The notes: a model not told the origin generated them from the sequence alone. A stretch of DNA of 25,893 nt from Candidatus Aenigmatarchaeota archaeon (GCA_039090665.1 JAWCSL010000010.1:1-25893); one strand, 5' to 3'; shown: positions 1-9,552, counted from the stretch's first letter. Translations and numbers: made by a program.

Positions 1-36
1 CAAGCCAGAAGAAAAGCCTTGAAGTCAATCAAATAA
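1..36 (+). CDS. 3' end of a gene entering from the left edge (QARRKALKSIK*), unidentified
   Basis: Frame open from base 1 to TAA at 34-36, followed by AT-rich intergenic sequence; too short to identify. Confidence 0.35.
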   Translation, partial: QARRKALKSIK

Positions 37-144
37 AATTAACTTAAGCTATGTTTTTCCCACTAGTCACAATTTTTTCCAATAACTTTAAAAATAAAAG
101 CTAATAAACTTTTAAACTATAAAAACAAATTAAGGTTTGATTGG

Positions 145-918
145 ATGACAAGGACGATAGCAATAATAAGTGGTAAGGGCGGGGTTGGCAAAACTACCTT
201 AACCTCAAACCTGGCTTCTGCCTTATGTTTGCAAGGGGAAGATGTTGTTGCTGTTGACGCCAACCTAACAACACCAAACTTGGGCCTGCACTTAGGAATG
301 CATTTCGCCCCAATAACTTTACATGATGTGTTGAAAGGAGAGTCAAAGCTTAAAGATGCAATTTATCCTCATCCATTTGGTTTCAAAGTTGTGCCTGCAA
401 GCATGAGTGTTGATGATTTGACTGGAATTGATCCTTCTCGATTGTATGAAGTTGTTTTAAACTTAACGGGAAAGACCAATTTCATCCTTTTGGATTCAGC
501 AGCAGGCTTGGGCAGGGAAGCAACTTCAGCCTTGCAAGCAACAGAAGAAGTCTTGATAATCACAAATCCAAACTTGCCTTCAGTTGCAGATGCTTTGAAA
601 ACTATAAGGCTTGCTGAAAGGCTGGACAAGAAGATAATTGGTGTGGTTGCAAACAGGGTTAGAAAGAAAGAATATGAATTAACAAAAGCTGAAATTGAAG
701 AGATGACTGGCTATCCAGTTTTGGTTCAAATTCCCGAAGACAACAATGTGACAAAAGCAATTTTTGCAAAGATGCCTGTTGTTAATTATTCTCCTCATTC
801 ACCAGCTGCGATTGAATTTAAAAGATTGGCTTGCTTGCTCACAGGAAGACCTTTCCTTGAAAAGCCAAGATTTCATTTCACAATAATAGACAGACTTGTT
901 AACTGGATGATGAGATAG
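145..918 (+). CDS. minD: MinD-family cell division/positioning ATPase
   Basis: Deviant Walker A SGKGGVGKTT, DANLTTPNL, LLDSAAGLG, and a C-terminal amphipathic tail (IIDRLVNWMMR). Confidence 0.9.
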   Translation: MTRTIAIISGKGGVGKTTLTSNLASALCLQGEDVVAVDANLTTPNLGLHLGMHFAPITLHDVLKGESKLKDAIYPHPFGFKVVPASMSVDDLTGIDPSRLYEVVLNLTGKTNFILLDSAAGLGREATSALQATEEVLIITNPNLPSVADALKTIRLAERLDKKIIGVVANRVRKKEYELTKAEIEEMTGYPVLVQIPEDNNVTKAIFAKMPVVNYSPHSPAAIEFKRLACLLTGRPFLEKPRFHFTIIDRLVNWMMR

Positions 919-1020
919 TTTTTGCGGTATATATTATTTGTGAAGTTTGGATGAAAAGTAGAAGATTCATTTAAACCAGGGAAAAATGAGTATGAAATAG
1001 TTTTGGCTTGAAAAATAAAT

Positions 1021-2673
1021 TCACAATATAAAGCTCAAATCAATCTCAAAAGCTGCTATTGGCATTTCCAACTTCCAATTCTCAAGAACAGAAGGATGAA
1101 TTTCGCCAATTATTCCAATAGCCTTGCCTTTAACCAAAATTTCTGCGGTTCTTCCTTCGATGAAGCTAGGATGTTTGCTTGCTTTAAGCTTGTATTTTGC
1201 TCCAACCAAAGACATGAAAGCATCCAGAACAGCAACAATATCATCATAGCTTACCTTAGAATCAGCAATTGCTACGGCTAGCTTTCTTACATCTCTTGTT
1301 CTTGTTTCTTGTTTTTTATCAATCAAAACAACATCTCCAACTTCAAATATCTTTTGAGGATATTCAACATGTTGATTATTTGCAAAAAATTCCATCAAGC
1401 TTGGCAAAAGCCAATTTCTAAAAACACACCAGTTTTCCGAGATAATATTCTCTATTTCGGCTACTTTTTCTTCTTTCAAGTTCATCTTTCTGAACAAATT
1501 ATCCTTGCTTGTTAGAGTGTAAGAAAGAATTTCTTGAAAACCAAGGCTTACCATCATTTCTTCAACCTTTTCAGTTTTCAACTCAATTTCACTAACTTTC
1601 CCTTCAACCTTCATTTTCAGAGGTTCAGGCCTAATTTTGTTGTAGCCATAAGAAATTATCACATCTTCAACCACATCTCTCTGATGCATTATGTCATTGC
1701 GGTAAGCTGGATAAAGCAATTCAATTTTCTTACCTTTCTTCAAAATCTTGTAGTTTGCTTTTTCAAGCAATTTGCAAATTTCATCTAAGCTTAAATCAAG
1801 ACCAGAAATTTTTCTCACATAGCTTACATCAACAAAAGTCTTTTTCGGTTTTAAATCAGGTGTGACTATAGTTTTGTCAGGATAAACAACTTTCACAGAG
1901 CAAATTTCTCCGCCTCGATCAGCCATAGCTGTTACCATCACATTCAAAGCAGGCATCAAAAACTTTAAGTTAAAACCACTACACTCAATGAAAACATTTT
2001 TTGTTTCTTCAGTGACTTTCCCACTATACTCTGAATTTATTATCGGCGGCAAAGACAAGACTTCATTCCTTGCATCGATGAAAATAGGATATTCTTTCTT
2101 TCCGGCAAGCAAATGCCCAAACTCTTTTCCTTTTGGATGCTTCTCCAAAATTTCCCTTGGTGTCAAAGCTTCATTGAAATCTAAAGGAATGAACTTGATT
2201 CCATCCGGCTTCACTGTTGTAAACTTTATCGGTGGCTTAATTTTATCAAAATCATAAACTCCAATTGCAACTTCTTTTCTATTTCTCCCCAAGCTTCCTG
2301 CAATTTTTTCTTGAAGCTGGATCATTTGAGAGAGAAAAGCTGGAGTAACTTTTAAGTTCTTAACAACAGCACAAACCGTGTAAGGCCTAACTTTTGAAAC
2401 TTTTTTGTCAACTCGAACAACAACTTCCGAGCTCTTGACTTCATATTCAGGAAAACTTGGTTTGAAAGCTCTACTTCTTATTTCTCTTGCTATTCCTTCT
2501 GAGCTCCATAAGTCTGGCCTGTTTGTGTCTTTTGCTTCAATTTTTAAGCTATCTCCTTCCACTTCTTCTATTTCACATTTTGCAAAATTTACAAGCTCTT
2601 TCAATTCTTCTATTTCAATTCTCCTTCCGATCAATTCACACAAATCTTGATAAGAAGCTTCTATGGTTGGCAT
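1021..2673 (-). CDS. pheT: Phenylalanine-tRNA ligase beta subunit (archaeal type)
   Basis: MPTI start, DTNRPDLWSSEGIAR, PAYRNDIMHQRDVVEDV, IGEIHP; directly downstream of pheS. Confidence 0.96.
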   Translation of the reverse strand: MPTIEASYQDLCELIGRRIEIEELKELVNFAKCEIEEVEGDSLKIEAKDTNRPDLWSSEGIAREIRSRAFKPSFPEYEVKSSEVVVRVDKKVSKVRPYTVCAVVKNLKVTPAFLSQMIQLQEKIAGSLGRNRKEVAIGVYDFDKIKPPIKFTTVKPDGIKFIPLDFNEALTPREILEKHPKGKEFGHLLAGKKEYPIFIDARNEVLSLPPIINSEYSGKVTEETKNVFIECSGFNLKFLMPALNVMVTAMADRGGEICSVKVVYPDKTIVTPDLKPKKTFVDVSYVRKISGLDLSLDEICKLLEKANYKILKKGKKIELLYPAYRNDIMHQRDVVEDVIISYGYNKIRPEPLKMKVEGKVSEIELKTEKVEEMMVSLGFQEILSYTLTSKDNLFRKMNLKEEKVAEIENIISENWCVFRNWLLPSLMEFFANNQHVEYPQKIFEVGDVVLIDKKQETRTRDVRKLAVAIADSKVSYDDIVAVLDAFMSLVGAKYKLKASKHPSFIEGRTAEILVKGKAIGIIGEIHPSVLENWKLEMPIAAFEIDLSFIL

Positions 2674-3945
2674 TCAACTCCTCCTCAACCAGTTCAAATC
2701 TTTGGAAAAAAGGTTTCTTATATCGTTTATCTTGAGCTTGAACATAGCAAGCCTATCTATTCCCAAACCCCAAGCCAATACAGGAACATCAATACCTAAA
2801 GGTTTTGTAAGTTCTTCTCTGAAAATTCCCGAGCCACCAAATTCAATCCATCCAAGCTCAGGGTGTTTTGCTGAAAGTTGACAACTAGGTTCAGTAAAAG
2901 GATAGTAGTCAGGAATGAATTTCACATCTTTTGCTCCTGCTATTTCTTCAGCAAATTGTTTGAGCAGACCAAGTAAATGCTTAAAGTTAACATCTTCGCC
3001 TAAAACAATTCCTTCAACTTGATTGAATTCAACTCCATGGGAAGCATCTATTACATCAGGCCTATAGCACCTAGCTATGGCAAAATACTTTCCAGGAATT
3101 TTTGGCTTGTTTGCTAAAGTTCTTGCAGATAAGCAAGTGCCATGTGCTCTTGGCATGAGTTTCATTGCAATTCTGGGATCCCACCTATAGCCCCAGCCAG
3201 TGCTTCCAGCTATTCCTTTTTCATGAGCTTTTTTTACCGCTTGAGTAAACTTCTTGGGCAAGTTCCCAAATTTTGGATATTTCATGATATAAGTGCTCCA
3301 CCAGTCCCTTGCAGGATGATTTTGTGGCTGATACAAGGCATCGAAATTCCAGAATTGTGTTTCTATAGTAGGGCCTCTCATCTCAATAAAGCCCATTTCA
3401 GCAAGCTTCTTTCTGATTTGGCTCAAAAATTGCAAGTAAGGTTGTCTTTTTCCAGGAGAAATTTTGTTCAATTCAAGCTTCTTTCTAACAGTTACAACAT
3501 CCACGGGCTTGAATTTTCGCCCTTTCCACAATTTAGTGACCAAAAGCTCATGAGTTAAAACTTCAACCACATTCCCGGCTTTAGCTAAAGCTTCCTCTAC
3601 TGCTTTATAAGTTTCTGTTACCTTTTCAACAAGATTTCTTTCAATCAAAATTTTTAAAATTTCTTCATCAACTTCTTTTCCTTTAGCAATTTTCTTCAGA
3701 GCTTCTTCTTCCGGAATTTCTTCAGGTACAGGCTTCATCAGAATTATTTCATCACCTTTCTTCATCACCCAACCTTTTTCCAAAGCCCATTTCAAAGCTA
3801 TGGGAAAATTCTTGATTTTTGGTATAAGTTTGCCCAAAGTTGCAGTTTTTTGTGGCATGCTGTCTAGCAGCAAAACAAGATTCTTTTCAGGCAATCCTTT
3901 TTCTAAATACTCTTTTCCCTCTTCAGTCAGCTTATAGCTCGCCAT
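2674..3945 (-). CDS. pheS: Phenylalanine-tRNA ligase alpha subunit (short N-terminus)
   Basis: FWNFDALYQPQNHPARD, YRPDVIDASHGVEFNQVEG, YPFTEPS, AWGLGIDRLAM. Confidence 0.96.
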   Translation of the reverse strand: MASYKLTEEGKEYLEKGLPEKNLVLLLDSMPQKTATLGKLIPKIKNFPIALKWALEKGWVMKKGDEIILMKPVPEEIPEEEALKKIAKGKEVDEEILKILIERNLVEKVTETYKAVEEALAKAGNVVEVLTHELLVTKLWKGRKFKPVDVVTVRKKLELNKISPGKRQPYLQFLSQIRKKLAEMGFIEMRGPTIETQFWNFDALYQPQNHPARDWWSTYIMKYPKFGNLPKKFTQAVKKAHEKGIAGSTGWGYRWDPRIAMKLMPRAHGTCLSARTLANKPKIPGKYFAIARCYRPDVIDASHGVEFNQVEGIVLGEDVNFKHLLGLLKQFAEEIAGAKDVKFIPDYYPFTEPSCQLSAKHPELGWIEFGGSGIFREELTKPLGIDVPVLAWGLGIDRLAMFKLKINDIRNLFSKDLNWLRRS

Positions 3946-3971
3946 TTAATCACTATTTGATTTTTTTAATA

Positions 3972-4268
3972 TTATTTGTATGTCCAAGGCATTCCTTTTT
4001 CGGTTTTTCTAAAAATTTCATATGGATTTTCATCTTTGCAGTGCCAATTTCCATTAATTCTATAGTACAATTTGCCATCTCTAAGCATTGCTACTATAAT
4101 AATTTCGCCCATTGCACCCTCAGACATTATAATGGTATATACATCTTCTAATTCTAGGCTTGGAGGCAGAGGAAATTTTAATTCTCGAAGAACATCTTGA
4201 AGAGAGATTAGTTTTGGGGGATTATTGTTTGGACCATAAACCATAATTTTGTGTATAGTTTCAATCAT
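3972..4268 (-). CDS. Hypothetical protein, 98 aa
   Basis: ATG-started ORF with a strong AAGGAGG upstream; no recognised motif. Confidence 0.6.
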   Translation of the reverse strand: MIETIHKIMVYGPNNNPPKLISLQDVLRELKFPLPPSLELEDVYTIIMSEGAMGEIIIVAMLRDGKLYYRINGNWHCKDENPYEIFRKTEKGMPWTYK

Positions 4269-4428
4269 ATTTTTCCCCTCCTTTATTGAAAATCAAAAAA
4301 GTCAAAGCTCAGAATTTTGCGATAAAATGGTTTAGAAAAAGTTCTAAGAAAACTTAAATTCAGCCAATAAATTGGAGTGGCATCACCATCCGTATTTTAA
4401 TCTATAGAATTTTAAGTTTATAAGCTTT

Positions 4429-5142
4429 TCATCTAATGGGAGGATATTCTTTAATCTCTGGAGTTTTACCAGCTAAAAGATAACCTAAGTAAAATTTTAA
4501 ATATTTTATTGCAGCTTTAGTTTTTCCCCATTTCCTTATCCTCCTAGGTGAGCTCATCACAAAAGTTGAGTCAGTACAAACAATTTTCCCCAACTTTGAA
4601 ATCCTTTCAGATAAATCATAATCTTCACAAGTCTTTATACTTTCATCAAACCCTCCAATTTTTTCAAAAGCTTTCCTTTCATAAGCCACACACATCCCAG
4701 CAACTTGCGGTTTTTTTGTTTTGAGAGAAGCTCTCATGAACTGATCATAAAACCAATAAAGCAAGAATTCAGACATGCTTGCACTCAAAGGTATGACAGG
4801 GCAAGTAACTCCAACAACACCCTTCTTAAAACCTTTCACAAGTTCTGTAAGCAAATTGAAAGCTGCAACTGTATCTGCATCAATGAAAATAAAAATTTCA
4901 CCTTTAGCTTCCTTAGCTCCAGCATTTCTCCCCACAGCTATTCCTTTTTTCTCAACAACAATAACCTTATCAGCATACTTCTTCGCAATTTCCACTGTTC
5001 TGTCTTTGCTTTTTCCATCAGCAACTATTATTTCATATTTTCCCTTGTAATCTTGAGCTCTCACAGCTTTCAGGCAATTTTCTATGTACTTTTCTTCATT
5101 TAGTGTAGGAATTATCACCGAGACAAAAGGCAGCTTCTTCAT
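4429..5142 (-). CDS. Glycosyltransferase family 2
   Basis: VSVIIPTLNEE, IIVADGKSKDRT, GRNAGA, FIDAD (DxD motif), GGFDE...EDYDL. Confidence 0.93.
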   Translation of the reverse strand: MKKLPFVSVIIPTLNEEKYIENCLKAVRAQDYKGKYEIIVADGKSKDRTVEIAKKYADKVIVVEKKGIAVGRNAGAKEAKGEIFIFIDADTVAAFNLLTELVKGFKKGVVGVTCPVIPLSASMSEFLLYWFYDQFMRASLKTKKPQVAGMCVAYERKAFEKIGGFDESIKTCEDYDLSERISKLGKIVCTDSTFVMSSPRRIRKWGKTKAAIKYLKFYLGYLLAGKTPEIKEYPPIR

Positions 5143-5144
5143 CT

Positions 5145-6275
5145 TTACCCCTTAAAAATAAATTTTTCAACTTGATCTCTAGCTTTTTCTCTTTTCTTCT
5201 GATGTTCTTTCAAAAAATCATTTAACTTTTCAATTAAAATATTTTTCAATTCCCCAGAGAGAAGCTTCCCACTCTTATAATCTTCTCTAATTTGCTCTAA
5301 TTTTTTATCATCTTCTTCAAAGAAAGTTAACCACTGATAAGAAACATCTATATCAGGATTTCCTCCTTTTTTTCTATGTTCTTCTACAGTAGGCTGACCA
5401 CCAGAGAAAGCATATTTAATTATCTTTTCTCTAACCACTTCAGGAGGATCTATTGTGAAAATTGCGGTTTGTTTTTCAGAAGACGACATTTTTCCTTGTT
5501 GCATTATTCCTCCTAATCCAGGTAAGAAAATACAATGAACTACCGCAGGTTTGTAGAAACCAAGTTTTGGTAAAACATCTCTTGCTATCCTGAAATGGGG
5601 ATCTTGATCTACAGCCAAAGGCACGAGACAAGGAATATTTCTTCCTTTTAGAATAGAAGGGAGGAAAGCTGGTACAGCTTGCATTGCCGTGTAGAAAATC
5701 GATCCAATGTTAGTTTCATTTGTAAAGCCAAAAACAGCTTTAACTGTTGAAAAAGTTATCCTTTTAGCAACTTTACATGCTTCTTTATACATCAAGTTGG
5801 CATGAATAGTATCAACAAGAAAATAAGTTTTTTTTGGATCAAATCCTAAAGCTATGACATCAAGCATATTCTCATAAGTATACTTTTTTGTGTCTTCAAG
5901 AGTAAGTTCATCATGAAACAGAAACTTCTCTTCATCTGGGAATTGAAACCAAAGCTCAACATCAAACTTTTCTTGTAGCCATCTAGTAAACATCCAGGGC
6001 ACTAGGTGGCCCATGTGAACAGGACCAGAAGGCGCCCTGCCTGTATAAAGGAAAAATTCATTTCCCTTTTCATATTCATTCAAAATCCAATCCAAATCAC
6101 GATGTGCAAAAAATATACCTCTCCTCAGGAAATGGTGAAGCTCTTTTGTATGTTTTTTTATTTTTTCCAAAAGTTCCTCGCCTATTCGTTGAATTCCAAA
6201 TTTTTCTATAAGCTTTTCATAATCTATCTCTCCCCTAACTTCCCATGGAGTCACAACAAACTTTTGTTTTTCCAT
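5145..6275 (-). CDS. trpS: Tryptophan-tRNA ligase (archaeal/eukaryal type)
   Basis: VTPWEV, YTGRAPSGPVHMGH (HIGH), AVDQDPHFR, KMSSS, AFSGGQ; AGGTGA SD upstream. Confidence 0.96.
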   Translation of the reverse strand: MEKQKFVVTPWEVRGEIDYEKLIEKFGIQRIGEELLEKIKKHTKELHHFLRRGIFFAHRDLDWILNEYEKGNEFFLYTGRAPSGPVHMGHLVPWMFTRWLQEKFDVELWFQFPDEEKFLFHDELTLEDTKKYTYENMLDVIALGFDPKKTYFLVDTIHANLMYKEACKVAKRITFSTVKAVFGFTNETNIGSIFYTAMQAVPAFLPSILKGRNIPCLVPLAVDQDPHFRIARDVLPKLGFYKPAVVHCIFLPGLGGIMQQGKMSSSEKQTAIFTIDPPEVVREKIIKYAFSGGQPTVEEHRKKGGNPDIDVSYQWLTFFEEDDKKLEQIREDYKSGKLLSGELKNILIEKLNDFLKEHQKKREKARDQVEKFIFKG

Positions 6276-6358
6276 TTACTCACCTAACACCAATTTCTAA
6301 TTTACTGAAGTTAACAAATAAATATATGCAATTTCAACTTCAATAAAAGTGATCTCTT

Positions 6359-6790
6359 ATGACTTCATTCAAATTTGTGATAAGTGATCCAGAAACAAGA
6401 AAGAGCTATCAGCTTGAAGTAGATCAATCTAAAGCTATAGGCTTGATTGGAAAAAAGATAGGGGAAGAATTCAACGGTGATGTGATAGGTTTGCCAGGCT
6501 ATTCATTGCAAATCACAGGCGGTACTGATAAAGATGGTTTTCCAATGCATCCTTCAATTCCAGGAAGTGTGAAAAAGAAAGTTTTACTTTCAGGTCCACC
6601 TTGCTTCCATCCAAGAAAAAAAGGGGAAAGAAGGAGAAAGACGGTAAGAGGAAACACTATTTCTTCTGATATAGTACAAATAAATGTAAAAATAATCAAG
6701 AAAGGAGAAAAACCAATTGAAGAGCTCATTCCAACAAAACAAAAAACTGAACAAAAAGGAGGTGAGGAAGTTCAAGGAAGTAAATCCTAA
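6359..6790 (+). CDS. rps6e: 30S ribosomal protein S6e
   Basis: LQITGGTDKDGFPM, GERRRKTVRGN, IVQINVKI. Confidence 0.96.
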   Translation: MTSFKFVISDPETRKSYQLEVDQSKAIGLIGKKIGEEFNGDVIGLPGYSLQITGGTDKDGFPMHPSIPGSVKKKVLLSGPPCFHPRKKGERRRKTVRGNTISSDIVQINVKIIKKGEKPIEELIPTKQKTEQKGGEEVQGSKS

Positions 6791-7991
6791 GCTGATACCA
6801 GAAGTTAATATAGGTCTTGTGGGTCATGTTGCTCATGGAAAAACTTCTCTTGTAGAAGCAATTTCTGGCAAGAGAACTTTAACCCATTCTGAAGAATTAA
6901 AACGTGGGATAACAATTAGATTGGGGTATGCTGATGCTTCTTTCTATAAATGCTTGAGTTGTGGGCGCTATTCAACTTCCCAAAAATGTCCTTTCTGCTT
7001 TTCTGATACAGAACTTCAAAGGACAGTAAGCTTTATCGATGCTCCAGGTCACGAAACTTTAATGGCGACAGTGTTAACAGGAGCAGCTCTAATGGATGGT
7101 GCGATCTTGGTTATAGCTGCAAATGAAAAATGTCCTCAACCACAAACTAGAGAACACTTAAAAGCTTTAGAGCTTATAGGAATAAAGAATGTGATAATTG
7201 TTCAAACAAAAATTGATCTCGTTTCGGAAGAGGAAGCTCTGAAAAATTATGAGCAAATAAAAGATTTTGTAAAAGACACTAATCTAGAAAACTCTCCTGT
7301 TATTCCGATTTCATCTCTACAAAAAATTAATATAGATGCGGTTATTGAAGCTATAGAAAAATTCATTCCTACTCCAAAAAGAGACGAAACCAAAGAGCTC
7401 AGGATGTTAGTAGCAAGAAGCTTTGATATAAATAAACCTGGAACTGAACCTGAGAAGCTTGTAGGCGGAGTATTAGGAGGAGCTGTAGTTCAAGGCAAAT
7501 TGAAACTTGGAGATGAAATTGAAATAAGGCCTGGTGTTAAAATTAAAGAGAAATATCAACCAATTTTCAGTAAAGTTGTGGGTTTACAGAAAGCTAAGAT
7601 GAATTTGGAAGAAGCTGGTCCTGGTGGTTTGCTTGGTGTTCTAACAGAGCTCGATCCGTTTTTGACAAAATCTGATTCCTTGGTGGGAAATTTAGTTGGA
7701 CATCCAGGGAAGCTCCCTGAGGTTATGTATAGCTTGGAAATGGAAGTGAACCTTTTGGAAAGAATAGTTGGCTTAGAAGATTTGAAAGAGATGTCACCAA
7801 TCAAACAGAATGAAGTTTTAATGATAAATGTTGGGACTGCAAGGTCAGTGGGTGTTGTAAAGGAAATTAAAAAGAATAGAATTCAATTAGAACTTAAGAT
7901 TCCCGTTTGTGTGGAAAAGGAAAATAAAGTCGTGATTTCTAGGCAAATTGCTGGAAGATGGCGTTTAGTTGGGTTTGGTCAATTGGTTTAA
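6762..7991 (+). CDS. eif2g: Translation initiation factor 2 gamma subunit; start uncertain and non-ATG (TTG 6717, GTG 6762 or CTG 6792)
   Basis: PEVNIGLVGHVAHGKT, EELKRGITIRLGYAD, CxxC...CxxC zinc knuckle, DAPGHE, PQPQTREH, ARSFDINKPG, RWRLVGFG. Confidence 0.96.
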   Translation: MRKFKEVNPKLIPEVNIGLVGHVAHGKTSLVEAISGKRTLTHSEELKRGITIRLGYADASFYKCLSCGRYSTSQKCPFCFSDTELQRTVSFIDAPGHETLMATVLTGAALMDGAILVIAANEKCPQPQTREHLKALELIGIKNVIIVQTKIDLVSEEEALKNYEQIKDFVKDTNLENSPVIPISSLQKINIDAVIEAIEKFIPTPKRDETKELRMLVARSFDINKPGTEPEKLVGGVLGGAVVQGKLKLGDEIEIRPGVKIKEKYQPIFSKVVGLQKAKMNLEEAGPGGLLGVLTELDPFLTKSDSLVGNLVGHPGKLPEVMYSLEMEVNLLERIVGLEDLKEMSPIKQNEVLMINVGTARSVGVVKEIKKNRIQLELKIPVCVEKENKVVISRQIAGRWRLVGFGQLV

Positions 7992-7993
7992 AT

Positions 7994-8392
7994 TCAACAA
8001 TAAACGGATTTTTCTTCAGAATTTGAAGGACCGGTAACTTTTATCTTATGTAGAGTTCCCGATACACCGCCTGCCGGATTAGTTATTGTTCCGGAAGAAA
8101 TTCCACCTGGTGGTATTGATGTAGGATTCCAAGTGATGGTTGTAACCACAGTATTGTCTACTCTCACAATTAGCTCAGTACTTGGGGTAATATTTAATGA
8201 TGAATCAAGATTTTTAACAACCACATAATAAGAATTTCCTGGAACACAACCCACATCAACTATTGTTATTGTTTTGCTTGTTATTCCGGTAAACACTCCT
8301 CTTATGTACATGTAAGCCATTCCTGCTAAACCTATTGTTATCATCAACATCAAGAGAGTTGCTATTACAGTTGATATCCCTTTCATGTCCAC
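7994..8392 (-). CDS. Archaeal type IV pilin-like protein with class III signal peptide (start GTG 8392 or ATG 8386)
   Basis: MKG|ISTVIATLLMLMITIGLAG: KG cleavage site then hydrophobic helix; beta-rich S/T/G/P C-domain with two Cys. Confidence 0.85.
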   Translation of the reverse strand: MDMKGISTVIATLLMLMITIGLAGMAYMYIRGVFTGITSKTITIVDVGCVPGNSYYVVVKNLDSSLNITPSTELIVRVDNTVVTTITWNPTSIPPGGISSGTITNPAGGVSGTLHKIKVTGPSNSEEKSVYC

Positions 8393-8415
8393 TTATTTTT
8401 ATTTTGGTTTTTTCC

Positions 8416-8423
8416 TATATAAA
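8416..8423 (-). promoter_or_regulatory. Putative TATA box (TTTATATA on minus strand) for the pilin gene
   Basis: Lies 24-31 nt upstream of GTG 8392, the spacing expected for a leaderless or short-leader archaeal transcript. Confidence 0.45.
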
Positions 8424-8427
8424 TCTT

Positions 8428-8802
8428 ATGAAAAAGGTTTTCTTGGATACCAATTTTTTGATAGACCTTATCAAGTTTAAGATAGATTTAGAAGAAATTC
8501 AAATGTTTTTACAAGAACCAACAACCAATTTCTTCATTTTTTCTTCCACTCTAAAAGAACTTCAGAAAATAGCAACAAATAAAGGGAAATCTGGAAGTTG
8601 GGCAAAGCTTGCTTTAGAACTCATAAAATTGAGGAATATAAAAATCTTGGAAACAGAGCAAAATCCAGACAAAGCCTTTTTAAACCTTGCCGACAAAAAT
8701 ACAATAATTGCAACAAATGATTCCAACTTGAGAAAAAAGCTAAAAAGTCTTGGAATCAAAACAATTTATTTAAGAGCGAAGAAATATTTGGAAGTGAGCT
8801 GA
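8428..8802 (+). CDS. PIN-domain protein (Fcf1/Utp24-like), start revised to ATG 8428
   Basis: MKKVFLDTNFL, IIATNDSNLRKKL...IYLR; conserved position between aIF2gamma and rpoE'. Confidence 0.88.
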   Translation: MKKVFLDTNFLIDLIKFKIDLEEIQMFLQEPTTNFFIFSSTLKELQKIATNKGKSGSWAKLALELIKLRNIKILETEQNPDKAFLNLADKNTIIATNDSNLRKKLKSLGIKTIYLRAKKYLEVS

Positions 8803-9359
8803 TGTATAGAATAGTTGAAGTTGAAGACAAGATAAGAGTGCCGCCTACAAAATTTCACATGAAGGTTAAAGATGCTGTGAAAGAGAGCATACAAGAAAGC
8901 TATGAATGTACCCTAGACCCAAGAATAGGTTTTATACTTGCTTGCACAGAAGTGGAAAAAGTAGGTGAAGGGAAAATCGTGCCTGGAGATCCTGGAGTTT
9001 TTTATAATGCCACTTTCAAACTCTTGACTTTCAAGCCAGAGCTTCATGAGCTTGTTTATGGCGAAGTAATAGACAACACTGAATTCGGCTCTTTTGTAAG
9101 GATAGGTCCAATGGATGGTTTAGTACATATTTCTCAGCTTATGGATGATTTCGTTAGTTTTGATAGTAAGAGTTCAACTTTCTTGGGTAAAGAAAGCAGA
9201 AGAACTTTGAAAGAAGGTGATCTTGTGAGAGCAAGAGTAATATCTCTTAGTTTAGGAAAAGAAGAAAATAAAATAGGGTTGACTATGAGACAACCACTCT
9301 TAGGTTCTCTTGTTTGGATAGAAGAAGAGAAGAAAAAGGCAAAGAAGGCAAGGGAGTGA
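8802..9359 (+). CDS. rpoE1: DNA-directed RNA polymerase subunit E' (Rpo7)
   Basis: GKIVPGDPG, S1 domain EFGSFVRIGPMDGLVHISQLMDD, KIGLTMRQPLLG. Confidence 0.96.
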   Translation: MYRIVEVEDKIRVPPTKFHMKVKDAVKESIQESYECTLDPRIGFILACTEVEKVGEGKIVPGDPGVFYNATFKLLTFKPELHELVYGEVIDNTEFGSFVRIGPMDGLVHISQLMDDFVSFDSKSSTFLGKESRRTLKEGDLVRARVISLSLGKEENKIGLTMRQPLLGSLVWIEEEKKKAKKARE

Positions 9360-9360
9360 T

Positions 9361-9549
9361 ATGGCGAAAAGAATCCAAGTTTGCAGAAACTGTAAGCGCT
9401 TCACTACAGAAAAAATTTGTCCTTCTTGTAAATCAACAAACCTCTCAACAAGCTGGAAAGGCATGGTCATAATTCTGGATGCTAATAGTGAAATAGCAAA
9501 AGCTTTAAACATAAGTGAACCGGGAAAGTATGCTTTGTATGTGGGATGA
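9361..9549 (+). CDS. spt4: Transcription elongation factor Spt4 (RpoE'')
   Basis: CRNC...CPSC zinc finger, WKGMVIILD, SEIAKALNI, PGKYAL. Confidence 0.95.
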   Translation: MAKRIQVCRNCKRFTTEKICPSCKSTNLSTSWKGMVIILDANSEIAKALNISEPGKYALYVG

Positions 9550-9552
9550 ATT

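Noticed and set aside
940..1011. Coding-looking stretch VKFG*KVEDSFKPGKNEYEIVLA* between minD and pheT, as a gene remnant or a sign of TGA recoding
   Set aside because: Too short to support, and TGA clearly acts as stop in many genes here (pheS, pheT, rrp42, spt4)
8335..8427. N-terminal extension of the PIN ORF (and similar extensions of rpl31e, pfdB and glyS)
   Set aside because: They overlap neighbouring genes or lack an SD; downstream ATGs match the family starts
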